DNA of 64,000 nt from Methanobacteriota archaeon (GTDB taxonomy: Archaea > Halobacteriota > Methanosarcinia > Methanotrichales > Methanotrichaceae): positions 1,921 through 65,920 of the forward strand of contig JAKPCO010000106.1 in the NCBI GenBank assembly GCA_029553285.1, in the 5' to 3' direction. Each line of letters begins with the position of its first letter. Position 1 is the first letter of the stretch. The position numbers and the translations under genes are program-made. Below the pieces are notes generated by a model. It was not told the origin of the DNA and did not search any database. It was given only the letters and a program-made list of their open reading frames with translations. Below, one piece after another: positions 40,690-50,094 of this stretch.

Positions 40690-41754
40690 ATGGGTGAAAA
40701 GCTGCCACTGCTGTCAAGGTTCCTCACACTCTGGATATTCCTCGCGATGGTCGTGGGCATCGCGATAGGGAACTTTGCGCCGCAGATCACTGATGCAATT
40801 CTCAGCCTATCGATCGGGACGACATCGATACCGATAGCTATAGGCCTCATACTCATGATGTATCCGCCCCTTGCGAAGGTGAGGTATGAGGAGCTGGGGG
40901 AGGTCTTCAAGGACAGAAAGGTCATGGCCCTCTCGCTGATACAGAACTGGTTGGTCGGACCGGTGCTGATGTTTGCGCTGGCTGTGATATTCCTCAGGGA
41001 TTATCCGCATCTCATGTACGGCGTGATCCTGATAGGTCTGGCCCGATGCATAGCGATGGTCATCGTCTGGAATGAGCTTGCCTGCGGATGCACAGAGTAC
41101 TGCGCGGCTCTTGTCGGACTGAACTCTGTCTTCCAGGTGCTCTTCTACTCGGTATACGCTTACATATTCATCACAGTGCTTCCAGCATACCTTGGAGTGG
41201 CTGAGGGGACCGTGGTTGATGTCACAATAACACAGATCGCAGAGAGCGTCTTCATCTACCTCGGAATACCGTTTCTGGCCGGCATAATCACCAGGTTCAC
41301 GCTGATCCGGGCGAGAGGGAGGGAGTGGTACGATGGTCGATTCATACCCACAATAAGCCCGATAACGCTGATCGCACTTCTCTTCACAATCATAGTGATG
41401 TTCTCGCTCAAGGGCGACTACATAGTACAGCTGCCGATGGATGTGATCCGGGTTGCTGTGCCTCTGACTATATACTTCCTCCTGATGTTCTTCGTGAGCT
41501 TCTACATGGCCTTCAAGCTGGGAGTGAGCTATGAGAACACAGCCGCTGTCTCATTCACAGCTGCCAGCAACAACTTCGAGCTCGCCATAGCGGTCGCAGT
41601 CGCTGTCTTCGGTATAGCCTCTCAGGAGGCATTTGCAGCTGTGATAGGCCCACTCATCGAGGTGCCCGTGCTCATATCCCTGGTCAATGTCGCGCTCCGT
41701 CTCAGGGATCGTTACTATCCGGGAGTCCCGGAAAGGGTGTTTTGCGAGAATTAG
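40690..41754 (+). CDS. acr3: ACR3-family arsenite efflux permease
   Basis: 354 aa, 10 [23 protein letters not shown]-terminus and [13 protein letters not shown] motif, typical of Acr3. Confidence 0.9.
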   Translation: MGEKLPLLSRFLTLWIFLAMVVGIAIGNFAPQITDAILSLSIGTTSIPIAIGLILMMYPPLAKVRYEELGEVFKDRKVMALSLIQNWLVGPVLMFALAVIFLRDYPHLMYGVILIGLARCIAMVIVWNELACGCTEYCAALVGLNSVFQVLFYSVYAYIFITVLPAYLGVAEGTVVDVTITQIAESVFIYLGIPFLAGIITRFTLIRARGREWYDGRFIPTISPITLIALLFTIIVMFSLKGDYIVQLPMDVIRVAVPLTIYFLLMFFVSFYMAFKLGVSYENTAAVSFTAASNNFELAIAVAVAVFGIASQEAFAAVIGPLIEVPVLISLVNVALRLRDRYYPGVPERVFCEN

Positions 41755-41762
41755 GTGAGATT

Positions 41763-42551
41763 ATGGCAGGACATGCGGAGGTAAAGCTCGTGAGCAACGC
41801 CATGGCGAACACAACCAGGCGGAAGATAATGAACCTGCTCCTTGAGAGGAGCCTCTCGAAGGAGGATATAGGCAAAGCAGTGGGCCAGAGCATGCTGGAC
41901 TACCACCTTCAGATACTCCAGCAGGCAGGTCTCATTAAGATAGAGAACGACATGGCTGGTCTAACGGATTTTGGGAGGAACTTCCTGGAGTCGAAGGGGG
42001 AGAAGAGCGAGAGGATCGAGATCAAAGATGCAAAGAAGGTTGAGGTGGTCGAGGTCAAACAGCTACTACCCTGCATAGCGGATACCACCAAGTTCCGAAT
42101 AATAGCGCGCATGGATCCGCCGCTGGGAGGCGCTCTGAAGGCGCTGGAGCCGCTCTTTCCCCGAGGCAGATACTCTGACAGGATTGGAGCGCTGATCATA
42201 CAGAAGGGCACCGTGCTCATAACGCTATACAGCACAGGAAACGTGACGATGACTATGATCAGAGACGAGGCGCATGCGAGGGAGCTTCTTGAGGAGTTGA
42301 GGAAGACAATAAACGATGCCATAGAGAAGGGAGTCACCCCTGCGCCCAAGGAGAAGGTCCGGGTGGATCCGATGGAGGTCTACAGGTATCTTCCAGGAAC
42401 GAACTGCAGGGAGTGCGGCGAGCAGAGCTGCTACTCCTTTGCCATCAGGCTGGTCAGCGGGGAGGTCGGTCTGGAGAGCTGCAAGCCGCTCCAGGATGAG
42501 AAGTACGCAACGAGACTTGAGCACCTGAGATCGCTTCTTGCGTATCTCTAA
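41763..42551 (+). CDS. wHTH regulator fused to a C-x2-C-x4-C-x16-C Fe-S-binding domain
   Basis: N-terminus NAMANTTRRKIMNLLLERSLSKEDIGKAVGQSMLDYHLQILQQAGLI (ArsR-like wHTH). C-terminus TNCRECGEQSCYSFAIRLVSGEVGLESC matches the RnfB/CdhE-type Fe-S motif spacing. Confidence 0.65.
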   Translation: MAGHAEVKLVSNAMANTTRRKIMNLLLERSLSKEDIGKAVGQSMLDYHLQILQQAGLIKIENDMAGLTDFGRNFLESKGEKSERIEIKDAKKVEVVEVKQLLPCIADTTKFRIIARMDPPLGGALKALEPLFPRGRYSDRIGALIIQKGTVLITLYSTGNVTMTMIRDEAHARELLEELRKTINDAIEKGVTPAPKEKVRVDPMEVYRYLPGTNCRECGEQSCYSFAIRLVSGEVGLESCKPLQDEKYATRLEHLRSLLAYL

Positions 42552-42595
42552 GCTCCCTGTCTCCAAAGGAAACGGATCTTCCTTGGCGATTTTGT

Positions 42596-42961
42596 ATGAA
42601 GACCCTGACGATAGTGCTCACAGACGGGCCTTACATCAATCAGAACGCTGAGATCGCATACAGGATAGCCAGAGCTGCTCTTGAGAGGTACAGGGTTAAT
42701 ATATTTCTCTATCTCGATGCCGTTCACATACCGAAGAGGGGGCAGAGCCCGGTGCAGTTCATGAACATCGGGAGCCTCTTTCAGGAGCTCGCCTCTCTGG
42801 GCGCCACCATAAGAGCATGCCCCAGATGCGCATCCTCGCGCGGATATGCATCGGAGAACGGAGTATGCCCGGGGTACATTGAGGGGGTACTCATAACGAG
42901 CCTCTACGATCTGGAGCGCATGATCAGGGAGAGCGATAAGGTGATATCGCTCTCGGGGTGA
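42596..42961 (+). CDS. DsrE/TusD-like sulfur-relay protein
   Basis: 121 aa. MKTLTIVLTDGPY..., LDAVHI, and a conserved Cys-plus-RG loop IRACPRCASSRGY. Confidence 0.7.
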   Translation: MKTLTIVLTDGPYINQNAEIAYRIARAALERYRVNIFLYLDAVHIPKRGQSPVQFMNIGSLFQELASLGATIRACPRCASSRGYASENGVCPGYIEGVLITSLYDLERMIRESDKVISLSG

Positions 42962-42965
42962 TAAT

Positions 42966-43289
42966 ATGGGGCCGGTGGTTTTTCTTGTGGATTCATCCCC
43001 GTACGGCTACGAGAGGGCTTTTGGAGCGCTGAACGCGGCTGCTGTCTGCCTCCCGATAGGCGCTGCAGTTGCGCTTTACGCAGATGGAGTCTACCTGGCG
43101 CTTGCAGATCAGCGCGGGCACCTGGCGGGGCTGCTGTATGCATACCCGGAGATCGATGTATTCGCGCATGAGCCATCGATGGCCGAGCGCGGTCTTCTAT
43201 CATGCGATCTCTCGGATCGGGTCGAGATGCTCGATGATCTCGAGTTTGTGGAGCGCATCAAGAGCTTCAGAGCAATGGTGGTGATATGA
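42966..43289 (+). CDS. DsrF/TusC-like protein
   Basis: 107 aa. VVFLVDSSPYGYERAFGALNAA..LYADGVYLAL...SMAERGL, TusC-like pattern. Confidence 0.65.
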   Translation: MGPVVFLVDSSPYGYERAFGALNAAAVCLPIGAAVALYADGVYLALADQRGHLAGLLYAYPEIDVFAHEPSMAERGLLSCDLSDRVEMLDDLEFVERIKSFRAMVVI

Positions 43290-43558
43290 GCTCTGTCTTC
43301 ATACTGACAAAGCCGCCAGGAAGCCCCAGGGCAGAGCTGTGCCTCAGGATGCTCGGCGGGAACTTCAGGCTCTACCTCCTTGGAGACGGCGTTTACAACA
43401 TACTCACAGGGCGCCTTGGCGGAGTCGCGGGAGATGTTTTTGCATTCACCCAGGATCTGAGGGAGAGGGGTGTTTCTCCAGCGGGCATAAAGGAGATTGA
43501 TGATTACAGCGTGATGGTGGATGACATCATGAGCGCTGAGAGCGTGTTCGCGTTTTGA
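43286..43558 (+). CDS. DsrH/TusB-like protein
   Basis: 90 aa. LYLLGDGVYNIL and FTQDLRERGV match the TusB pattern (LLQDGV / EDLIARGL). 4-nt overlap with the upstream gene. Confidence 0.65.
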   Translation: MSSVFILTKPPGSPRAELCLRMLGGNFRLYLLGDGVYNILTGRLGGVAGDVFAFTQDLRERGVSPAGIKEIDDYSVMVDDIMSAESVFAF

Positions 43559-43637
43559 TTGGCATCTCTTCTCCCTCCGGAGAGTGTGAGATCAGATGGC
43601 ACGCAGATAGACGGAGAAAAGATTATCACCAATACTG

Positions 43638-43970
43638 ATGCAGGTTCTCCTGATGAGGATGGAGCTGGATGTTAATGAGGTAAAGGCCCTCTTCGAGAGA
43701 TGCTCTCATCAGGACGATGTTCTTGAGGGGCTTTACAGAATGGCGCTCCCGGAGTGGGAGAGGATAGAGTACGTTGTCGAGGGTAGGCCACATATCGGCG
43801 AGACCGGCTGGAACACGATATTCTCTCTCTTCCAGGCTTTCGACGAGAGGCATCACGGAGAGTTTGTGTTTCCAGGCTACATGTGGCTGAGCCTCGGGTT
43901 CCAGAAGGATGAGAGCCTCCGGCCATGGGAGGTTGACACATCCGAGGTCAAATATGTACTCAGGAGATGA
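43638..43970 (+). CDS. Hypothetical protein
   Basis: 110-aa ORF with no motif recognised. Alternative starts at 43653 and 43659. Confidence 0.35.
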   Translation: MQVLLMRMELDVNEVKALFERCSHQDDVLEGLYRMALPEWERIEYVVEGRPHIGETGWNTIFSLFQAFDERHHGEFVFPGYMWLSLGFQKDESLRPWEVDTSEVKYVLRR

Positions 43971-43980
43971 ACATTGCCAG

Positions 43981-44055
43981 AGCCCCGGGCGGGATTCGAA
44001 CCCGCGGCCTCGTCCTTACCAAGGACGCGCAATGACCGAGCTTTGCTACCGAGGC
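43981..44055 (-). tRNA. tRNA-Thr (anticodon GGU)
   Basis: The reverse complement folds as GCCTCGG/CCGGGGC acceptor (one G-U), anticodon arm CGTCC-TTGGTAA-GGACG, T arm GCGGG-TTCGAAT-CCCGC, discriminator T. Confidence 0.85.
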
Positions 44056-44135
44056 GCTAACGGCTCGATTACCTCTGCGCTTTAGTAGTTTTCGGTCAGG
44101 CGCAGAGACGCCTTGTCCTTGAAATATCTGACTAT

Positions 44136-44261
44136 CGCTCTTATGTGTTTAGCAACTTGGAGGTTGCGCAATGTGGTTGCTCAAGGCACCCGTTCACGCT
44201 CGAGGGAGCGCATGCATGACCGGTGCCTCTTCGGGCGCAAGTCATCAGATGGATAGGGGCG
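44136..44261 (+). mobile_element. MITE-like element family A, copy 9 (degenerate right end, no TSD)
   Basis: CGCTCTTATGTGTTTAGCAACTTGG ... GCAAGTCATCAGATGGATAGGGGCG. Confidence 0.7.
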
Positions 44262-44300
44262 TCTTATTACCCATCCACTCTAACTATTCTGCCACATAAT

Positions 44301-44398
44301 CATGGGGCGTGTATTCAGATCATTGAACCCAGCAGCAGCTGGCATCGTAGGATTTGCGATCTGTTGCGCCAGTGCATGCAGATTCCGGAATTTCCATT
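44301..44398. repeat. R2 repeat, copy B
   Basis: Aligns with 7248-7335. The 3' ~60 nt are nearly identical. Confidence 0.7.
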
Positions 44399-44493
44399 CA
44401 GTGATCAGAACACAAGACCATCCAATGCACTCATGCGGAAAGACCATATCACCTCCAAAGAACCAGTACATTAACGGCTCATGTAAACCAATC

Positions 44494-44505
44494 AAAGAAA
44501 AAGAG
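44494..44505 (-). terminator. Oligo-T tract downstream of the 44521-45273 gene
   Basis: The minus strand reads CTCTTTTTCTTT ~16 nt after the stop codon. Archaeal terminators are typically T-runs. Confidence 0.35.
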
Positions 44506-44520
44506 ATTTCTCCCGGGACT

Positions 44521-45273
44521 TCACGCCGGGATTGATGTGTTGAGCGGTACTATCGCGGTCACATTCTCAGTTACGTTCGTGGCGACGACGGTCTCATTGG
44601 CCGGCGGAAGAACCACAGACACCCTGACGACTGGGAAGTCTATGGTCTTGTTGGAATCCAGTGTGACATTCACCGGAGCAACCGGCTTGTACTCGGGCGG
44701 GACGACCAGGCTCAGCACATACTCGCCTGCACTGAGGTTTGCAAAGACGTATGTCCCATCCTCTGCTGTCTTTGTCGTCACACCGCTCAGATCAAGCGTC
44801 CATCCTGCGAGGCCTGTTTCATTCGCGTCCTTGGCAGCGTTTTCATTCGCATCCTCATAGACAACGCCGGAGATCGTATAGGTCACCGGCACCTCTACCT
44901 GAGTTACATTCTGCTCAGCTGTGACGTTGGTCTCAGCAGGCACCTCTGCGGGCTTCTCCTCTGTAGTTACGACAACAGCAGGAGTCTCTCCAAGCTTGAA
45001 CGTGTACTGATATGGCTTTCCTGTCTCAATCGAGAACCCCTTTGGCTTCTCAGAGCTGAACGAGAAGCGCGCCTCCTTCTTCACAACAACCTGCGCGTTC
45101 GTGAGATTGTGAGCGGGGGTTCCTGTGGATATGGAGAACTGTGGCCTGGACTCCGCCTTGTTTGAGAACGGGTACGGGCTTTTATCATCCTTTATTGTGT
45201 ATCCCATGGCAGAGGTCATGGCAAATGCCGCCATCGCCAGGATCACAGAGATCACCAAAATGCTCTTCTTCAA
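44521..45273 (-). CDS. Secreted sequon-rich surface protein with Cna-B/SdrD-like Ig fold domain
   Basis: Signal peptide MKKSILVISVILAMAAFAMTSAMG. ISGVVYEDANENAAKDANETGLAGWTLDL...DGTYVFANLSAGEYVLS domain. About 11 N-x-S/T sequons. Confidence 0.65.
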   Translation of the reverse strand: MKKSILVISVILAMAAFAMTSAMGYTIKDDKSPYPFSNKAESRPQFSISTGTPAHNLTNAQVVVKKEARFSFSSEKPKGFSIETGKPYQYTFKLGETPAVVVTTEEKPAEVPAETNVTAEQNVTQVEVPVTYTISGVVYEDANENAAKDANETGLAGWTLDLSGVTTKTAEDGTYVFANLSAGEYVLSLVVPPEYKPVAPVNVTLDSNKTIDFPVVRVSVVLPPANETVVATNVTENVTAIVPLNTSIPA

Positions 45274-45389
45274 TTTATCCTCCTCCTATCTGTGTATCAA
45301 CCATCCGCTTTTGCGTGACCATTACCAAACATTCTCTCTTTCGAGAAGAACTCGGCTCTACCATCGTTATTCTTCGTATATATAGACTT

Positions 45390-46253
45390 TCATCGCAAAA
45401 TACGACGCCTCCGGGCCTCTGTAAGATGGGATCCATCGCATGAGGCATCGCTTCCGAAACCCTCCCTGCATGAGCCGAAGCCGATTCCGTGTTCATGGCA
45501 TGCCTCCCTCACGAGTGAGAGTATGGCATGCCTGATCTCAGATGGCAGGTACCTGTAGCCACCAATACGCTCTCCCTGCTCGAAGTACATCGGCCTCAGG
45601 CGCTGCATGACCTCAGGAAATGCAAAAGACATGCGGCGCCAGCTGTCCTGCCTGGCCTTGTATGTGGATGATATGATATAGGACGCGCCCGCATCTGCGG
45701 CGCGCTCCACAAGCGCATCGATCTCAGAGTCGTTTATCCCCGGTATTATCGGATCTATCCGCACAGCCACGGGAACGCCACTATCCGTGAGCCTCCTGAT
45801 GGCTCTGAGCCTGAGACTGCCTGATGGGGCTCCGGGCTCAAGCCTGGAATCCAGACGCAGCGAGGTGATTGTAATTGAGACTGTGGCCCTCATCTCCGAG
45901 AGGAGGTCCACATCCCTGAGCACGATATCCGATTTTGTGACAATCTGCAGCCTCAAACTCTTTCTCTTTATAAGCGATATGCACGATCTCGTTATTCCGA
46001 GCTCGCGTTCCATCGGCGGGTATGGATCAGAGCTGCTGGAGAGCGATATGAGCTCGTCCCCGCGCAGCCTCGCGATCTCATAGCTGATACGATCGATTCC
46101 GCCCTTGGGCCTGCAATCGCTGAAGCGTCTTATGTAGGAGGATGCGTAGCAGTACAGACAGCCATGCACGCATCCTGTGTACGGGTTGAGGCTGAGCTTC
46201 GCCGGGCATGTGCAGAGGCTGCTGCGCCACGGATCGAATGGTCTGAGGATCAT
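45390..46253 (-). CDS. Radical SAM protein (SplB/COG1533-like)
   Basis: CxxxCxxC cluster in NPYTGCVHGCLYCYAS. 287 aa. Confidence 0.75.
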   Translation of the reverse strand: MILRPFDPWRSSLCTCPAKLSLNPYTGCVHGCLYCYASSYIRRFSDCRPKGGIDRISYEIARLRGDELISLSSSSDPYPPMERELGITRSCISLIKRKSLRLQIVTKSDIVLRDVDLLSEMRATVSITITSLRLDSRLEPGAPSGSLRLRAIRRLTDSGVPVAVRIDPIIPGINDSEIDALVERAADAGASYIISSTYKARQDSWRRMSFAFPEVMQRLRPMYFEQGERIGGYRYLPSEIRHAILSLVREACHEHGIGFGSCREGFGSDASCDGSHLTEARRRRILR

Positions 46254-46272
46254 GTCATCAGGATGTCACACA

Positions 46273-47709
46273 TTATCTCTTCGCATCGATTCTCATCGTG
46301 GAGACCTCCCCCGATCTCCGGTCATATATCCTTACGGCGTGATTGTTGGTATCTGCTATGAAGCATGAATCCCCCAGAAAGGTGATCCCGGACGGCTCGT
46401 AAAAAGCGGCCGTATCCGAGGCACCATCTGCGAACCCGGGCCTCCCCGTTCCGGCGATGGTTTGGATGGATCTCTCAGAAAGATCAGCTTTCTTGATCCT
46501 GTGGTTGTATGTATCCGCAATGTAAATGGATCCATTCCGGTAAAAAAGCCCAAGAGGATGCTGAAGCCTTGCTCTCCCGAAATCGCCATCGATGTCCCCA
46601 AAGTAAAAGAGGTCTCTGCCGATGAGCGTCCTCACATCTCCGTCGATCACCCTGAGAGAAGATGACTCGCTGTCGACGAAGTATATACTCTTTCCATCGG
46701 TCGTCAGCCCGGACGGCTGCGCCATGCGGGAGATCTCCAGCGGCCCATCAGCTATACCCTCGGCTCCAGATCCTGCGAATGGCTCCACCATTCCATCGAG
46801 ATCCATCCTCCATATCTGATGGAATCCGGCCATCGCGATGTAGAGATGATCCCCGGCGAAAACGAGATCCCACGGCGAGCTCAGAGATGCCTCATCACCT
46901 CTGCCCCCCAAGCCGGGATATCCCGACCTTCCCGTGCCTGCCACCCTCATGAGAGTCCTTCTTCTCAGATCCGCCGCCCTGATCATGTGGTTTCCTGTGT
47001 CAGCTATGTACGCAACATCCCCGACAACCGCGATCCCCTGGGGTCTGAACAGCCGGGCCTCGCCAAATTCGCCATCGCTGTATCCCTCCTCTCCACAGCC
47101 TATGACGTCTACGAACCTCCCCTCAGGAGATACAATCAGTACCCTGTTGTTGTTGGAGTCCGCGATGAAGATGTTGTCCCCATCAGAGGCAACCTTTCCG
47201 GGAAATGAGAGGGGCCCAGATGCCTTCTTCTGCGCCTTTCTCGGCACCGCATCACCCCGATGGAGGCCTCCACGCTTCTCGTACTCCGGAATGAGCTGCT
47301 CCATTATTGGCACGAGGATCGAGAATATCCTCTCTCCAGAGGTCCTCCCGAGGATCTCCCCGTCCGGCGCTATGAGGACGAAAGACGGCCAGGCCCTTAT
47401 GCCGTATGTGCGCCACAGAGTTTGACCACTGTCCACGACAACCGGGTGCTCTATTCCATACCGCATCACAGCCTTCTCGATGTTCTCCACCCTCATCTCG
47501 TTCTCGAACTTGGCGCTGTGGACTCCAATCACCACCAGCTCAGGGTACCTCTCCTCAAGCATTTTTAGATCAGGAACGACATGCATGCAGTTTATGCAGC
47601 AGTATGTCCAGAAATCAAGCAGAACGAATCTGCCGCGCAGGTCTCCCAGTCTGTAACTGTGGTCGGTGTTGAGCCATACCAGATCCTCGGGGAACTCAGG
47701 AGCTATCAT
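46273..47709 (-). CDS. Thioredoxin-fold (redoxin) domain fused to NHL-repeat beta-propeller
   Basis: N-terminus GRFVLLDFWTYCCINCMHVVPDL (CxxC redoxin). The C-terminal ~300 aa have repeated NHL units (IADSNNNRV, IADTGNHMIR, VDSESSSLR, IADTYNHRIK, IADTNNHAVR). Confidence 0.8.
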   Translation of the reverse strand: MIAPEFPEDLVWLNTDHSYRLGDLRGRFVLLDFWTYCCINCMHVVPDLKMLEERYPELVVIGVHSAKFENEMRVENIEKAVMRYGIEHPVVVDSGQTLWRTYGIRAWPSFVLIAPDGEILGRTSGERIFSILVPIMEQLIPEYEKRGGLHRGDAVPRKAQKKASGPLSFPGKVASDGDNIFIADSNNNRVLIVSPEGRFVDVIGCGEEGYSDGEFGEARLFRPQGIAVVGDVAYIADTGNHMIRAADLRRRTLMRVAGTGRSGYPGLGGRGDEASLSSPWDLVFAGDHLYIAMAGFHQIWRMDLDGMVEPFAGSGAEGIADGPLEISRMAQPSGLTTDGKSIYFVDSESSSLRVIDGDVRTLIGRDLFYFGDIDGDFGRARLQHPLGLFYRNGSIYIADTYNHRIKKADLSERSIQTIAGTGRPGFADGASDTAAFYEPSGITFLGDSCFIADTNNHAVRIYDRRSGEVSTMRIDAKR

Positions 47710-47863
47710 GAAGGTTGCTCTGGATTATGTGCAGATCACTCTTGTGGTTGGAGGGTTGACCGCAGTCTTACAAACCTGCATCAGTTGATGTGAGATTCCT
47801 GCAGAGCTGAAATGCACCGGATGTGCTGAGATGCCCAGTTAGATAAACACCCGTTAGTGCTGG

Positions 47864-48535
47864 ATGAAAATGAGATACAGGGTATTGCATTCCTGGGATG
47901 TGAGACCGGATGAGGCTGTTGAGATACAGAAGATGCTCGCCGGCGGTGTGAGAATTCAGAGAGTGAATCGCGTGGAGACGGTGGCTGGAGCAGATGTATC
48001 TTTCTCCGGATCCAGGGCATATGCGGCTGCCGTTCTGCTTGATTACCATGATATGCGCCTCCTCGACGTGTCCTTTGCGGATATGGATGTGTGTTACCCC
48101 TACATCCCGGGGCTGCTGACATTTCGTGAGGGGCCCGTCATGCTCAGGGCTCTTGAGGGGATCGATGATGCTGACGTCCTGCTCTTCGATGGTCAGGGTA
48201 TTGCGCATCCGCGCAGATTTGGAGAGGCGAGCCACCTCGGATTGCTCCTCGATCGCCCTTCTGTGGGGTGTGCAAAGTCGAGGCTCTGCGGGGAGTTCTC
48301 CCGGCCTGGAGAGGAGCGGGGTTCATTCTCCCTGCTGGTTGATCGTGGGGATATTGTGGGTGCAGCTCTCCGGACCAGAACAAATGTCAAACCGGTGTTC
48401 GTGTCCCCAGGGCACATGTCAGACCTGAGTTCCGCGATCGAGATAGCGCTGAACTGCGCGAGAGGATATCGAGTGCCGGAACCTTTGAGATTGGCGCATA
48501 TCCTGTCACTGAAAAGAGCAAGAACGACGCGGTAA
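47864..48535 (+). CDS. nfi: Endonuclease V
   Basis: VAGADVSF ... YPYIPGLLTFREGP ... LLFDGQGIAHPRRFGEASHLG motifs. Confidence 0.9.
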   Translation: MKMRYRVLHSWDVRPDEAVEIQKMLAGGVRIQRVNRVETVAGADVSFSGSRAYAAAVLLDYHDMRLLDVSFADMDVCYPYIPGLLTFREGPVMLRALEGIDDADVLLFDGQGIAHPRRFGEASHLGLLLDRPSVGCAKSRLCGEFSRPGEERGSFSLLVDRGDIVGAALRTRTNVKPVFVSPGHMSDLSSAIEIALNCARGYRVPEPLRLAHILSLKRARTTR

Positions 48536-48584
48536 TACAGAATAAAGAATGTGTGGAATAAATGGTTGGCGCTGCTCTGGCCCC

Positions 48585-50006
48585 TCAGCCTTCCAGAGTA
48601 TCTGGATTTGGTGTGCCCAGACCAGAGGTGAAAAGGCTCCCTGTGATGTATGCCATGCCCCCGCAGATCAGCCCCACGAACACCGGATGGATGAGGGTGT
48701 TTCCGTAAAAATTCCAGATGACGATGGAGATGAACGATGCGAGAAGGCTTGCCACGAAGCCTGCTGAATTACCTCTCCACCAGTAGAGCCCGAACACAAG
48801 CGGCACAAAGACGCAGCATGCGATCACACCCATGCTTATCGAGACGAGTGGCACGATCTGTGATGGAACGCTTATCGCCGAGACCGCTGCTGTGATGATT
48901 ATGGCCACTCCAACAAGCCGCGTCAGACGGAGGACTGTGGGATCGGAGATGTCCGGTCGGAGGTAGTGCAGTATGTCTGATGTCAGCGAGGTTGTGGTAA
49001 CAAGAACTATGGCGCTGATCGTCGACATCGCCGCAGATATTGCGGCAAGGAGAACAAGCGCATCAAACCCGGGTGGCAGGTACGTCCTTGCCAGGAAGGG
49101 CACCAGGCTGTCCGGATTTTTTATAAATGCACCCAGCTGTTCTCCGCTGAGAACACCATATGCGAGAACTCCGAGCGAGAATATGCAGATGGAGTAAACC
49201 GCAATGGATACAGGTCCGTAGATGCCTGCGAAGCGCACCACCCTTCTGTCCCTGGCGGAGAATACCATTATCAGGAGATCTGGAAGAGCCAGAAGCCCGA
49301 GGCTTATGGAGAATGCCATGCCTAGGGTCCTCTGCCACGGCAGATCGATGCCGTGCATCGATGTCACATATGCTGGAATTCTGGACCAGATCTCAATAGC
49401 GCCAGCGGTCGAGAGAACGCTCCCGTAAAGCAGCACCGCACCGCCGAGCATTAGCACTCCCTGAAGGAAACCTATCCATATTATCCCAGGGAGACCGCCG
49501 ATGGCATAGTACATGGCCACTATGAGGACTGTTAATATCAGCCCCTGAAGGTATGTGACCCCGATCAGCCCCTGAAGGAGCGTGGCACATCCCTTGAAGA
49601 TGGGCACCAGATACACTGTGTAAAGGACAAGCATTATGGCGGCGAGTATGAGCTTCCCCAAAGGCGATCCATATCGCCTCTCAAGGAGCTGGGGAACTGT
49701 CTTCGCGTCGTACTCCTTTGCCGCCGCCCATATCCTTCCAGCCATCAGCCATGCGAGGCATGCGAATGCGACATGGAAGAATGCGCAGAAGACCACCCAT
49801 GGCATCCCTGCGATGAGACCATACCCGCCCCCACCGAGGAATGATGCAGCGCTGAAGTACGCTGCTGTGTATGCCACTCCAATGATGGCAGGCGTGGCGA
49901 TGTTTCTGTCGGAAAGGGCAAAGCCGGAGAATGTCCCCTGCCGGAGCCTCCAGGAGAGAAGGAGGATGACGGTCACGTAAGCCAGCAGCAGGATCTGGTT
50001 AATCAT
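48585..50006 (-). CDS. Sodium:solute symporter family transporter
   Basis: 473 aa, ~13 TM, SSF-like organisation. Substrate not inferable. Confidence 0.75.
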   Translation of the reverse strand: MINQILLLAYVTVILLLSWRLRQGTFSGFALSDRNIATPAIIGVAYTAAYFSAASFLGGGGYGLIAGMPWVVFCAFFHVAFACLAWLMAGRIWAAAKEYDAKTVPQLLERRYGSPLGKLILAAIMLVLYTVYLVPIFKGCATLLQGLIGVTYLQGLILTVLIVAMYYAIGGLPGIIWIGFLQGVLMLGGAVLLYGSVLSTAGAIEIWSRIPAYVTSMHGIDLPWQRTLGMAFSISLGLLALPDLLIMVFSARDRRVVRFAGIYGPVSIAVYSICIFSLGVLAYGVLSGEQLGAFIKNPDSLVPFLARTYLPPGFDALVLLAAISAAMSTISAIVLVTTTSLTSDILHYLRPDISDPTVLRLTRLVGVAIIITAAVSAISVPSQIVPLVSISMGVIACCVFVPLVFGLYWWRGNSAGFVASLLASFISIVIWNFYGNTLIHPVFVGLICGGMAYITGSLFTSGLGTPNPDTLEG

Positions 50007-50094
50007 GGTACCTCCTTGTGAGCAGGATGATTGTCACCGAGAGTATGAGCGCGATCGAGATCAGAAGCGCCATGTATGGAATGGGGACACTCAT
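49999..50094 (-). CDS. 31-aa single-TM peptide overlapping the symporter start (possible small subunit)
   Basis: Hand-translated MSVPIPYMALLISIALILSVTIILLTRRYHD. Its stop overlaps the symporter ATG (ATGATTAA). Below the ORF-track size cut-off. Confidence 0.4.
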   Translation of the reverse strand: MSVPIPYMALLISIALILSVTIILLTRRYHD

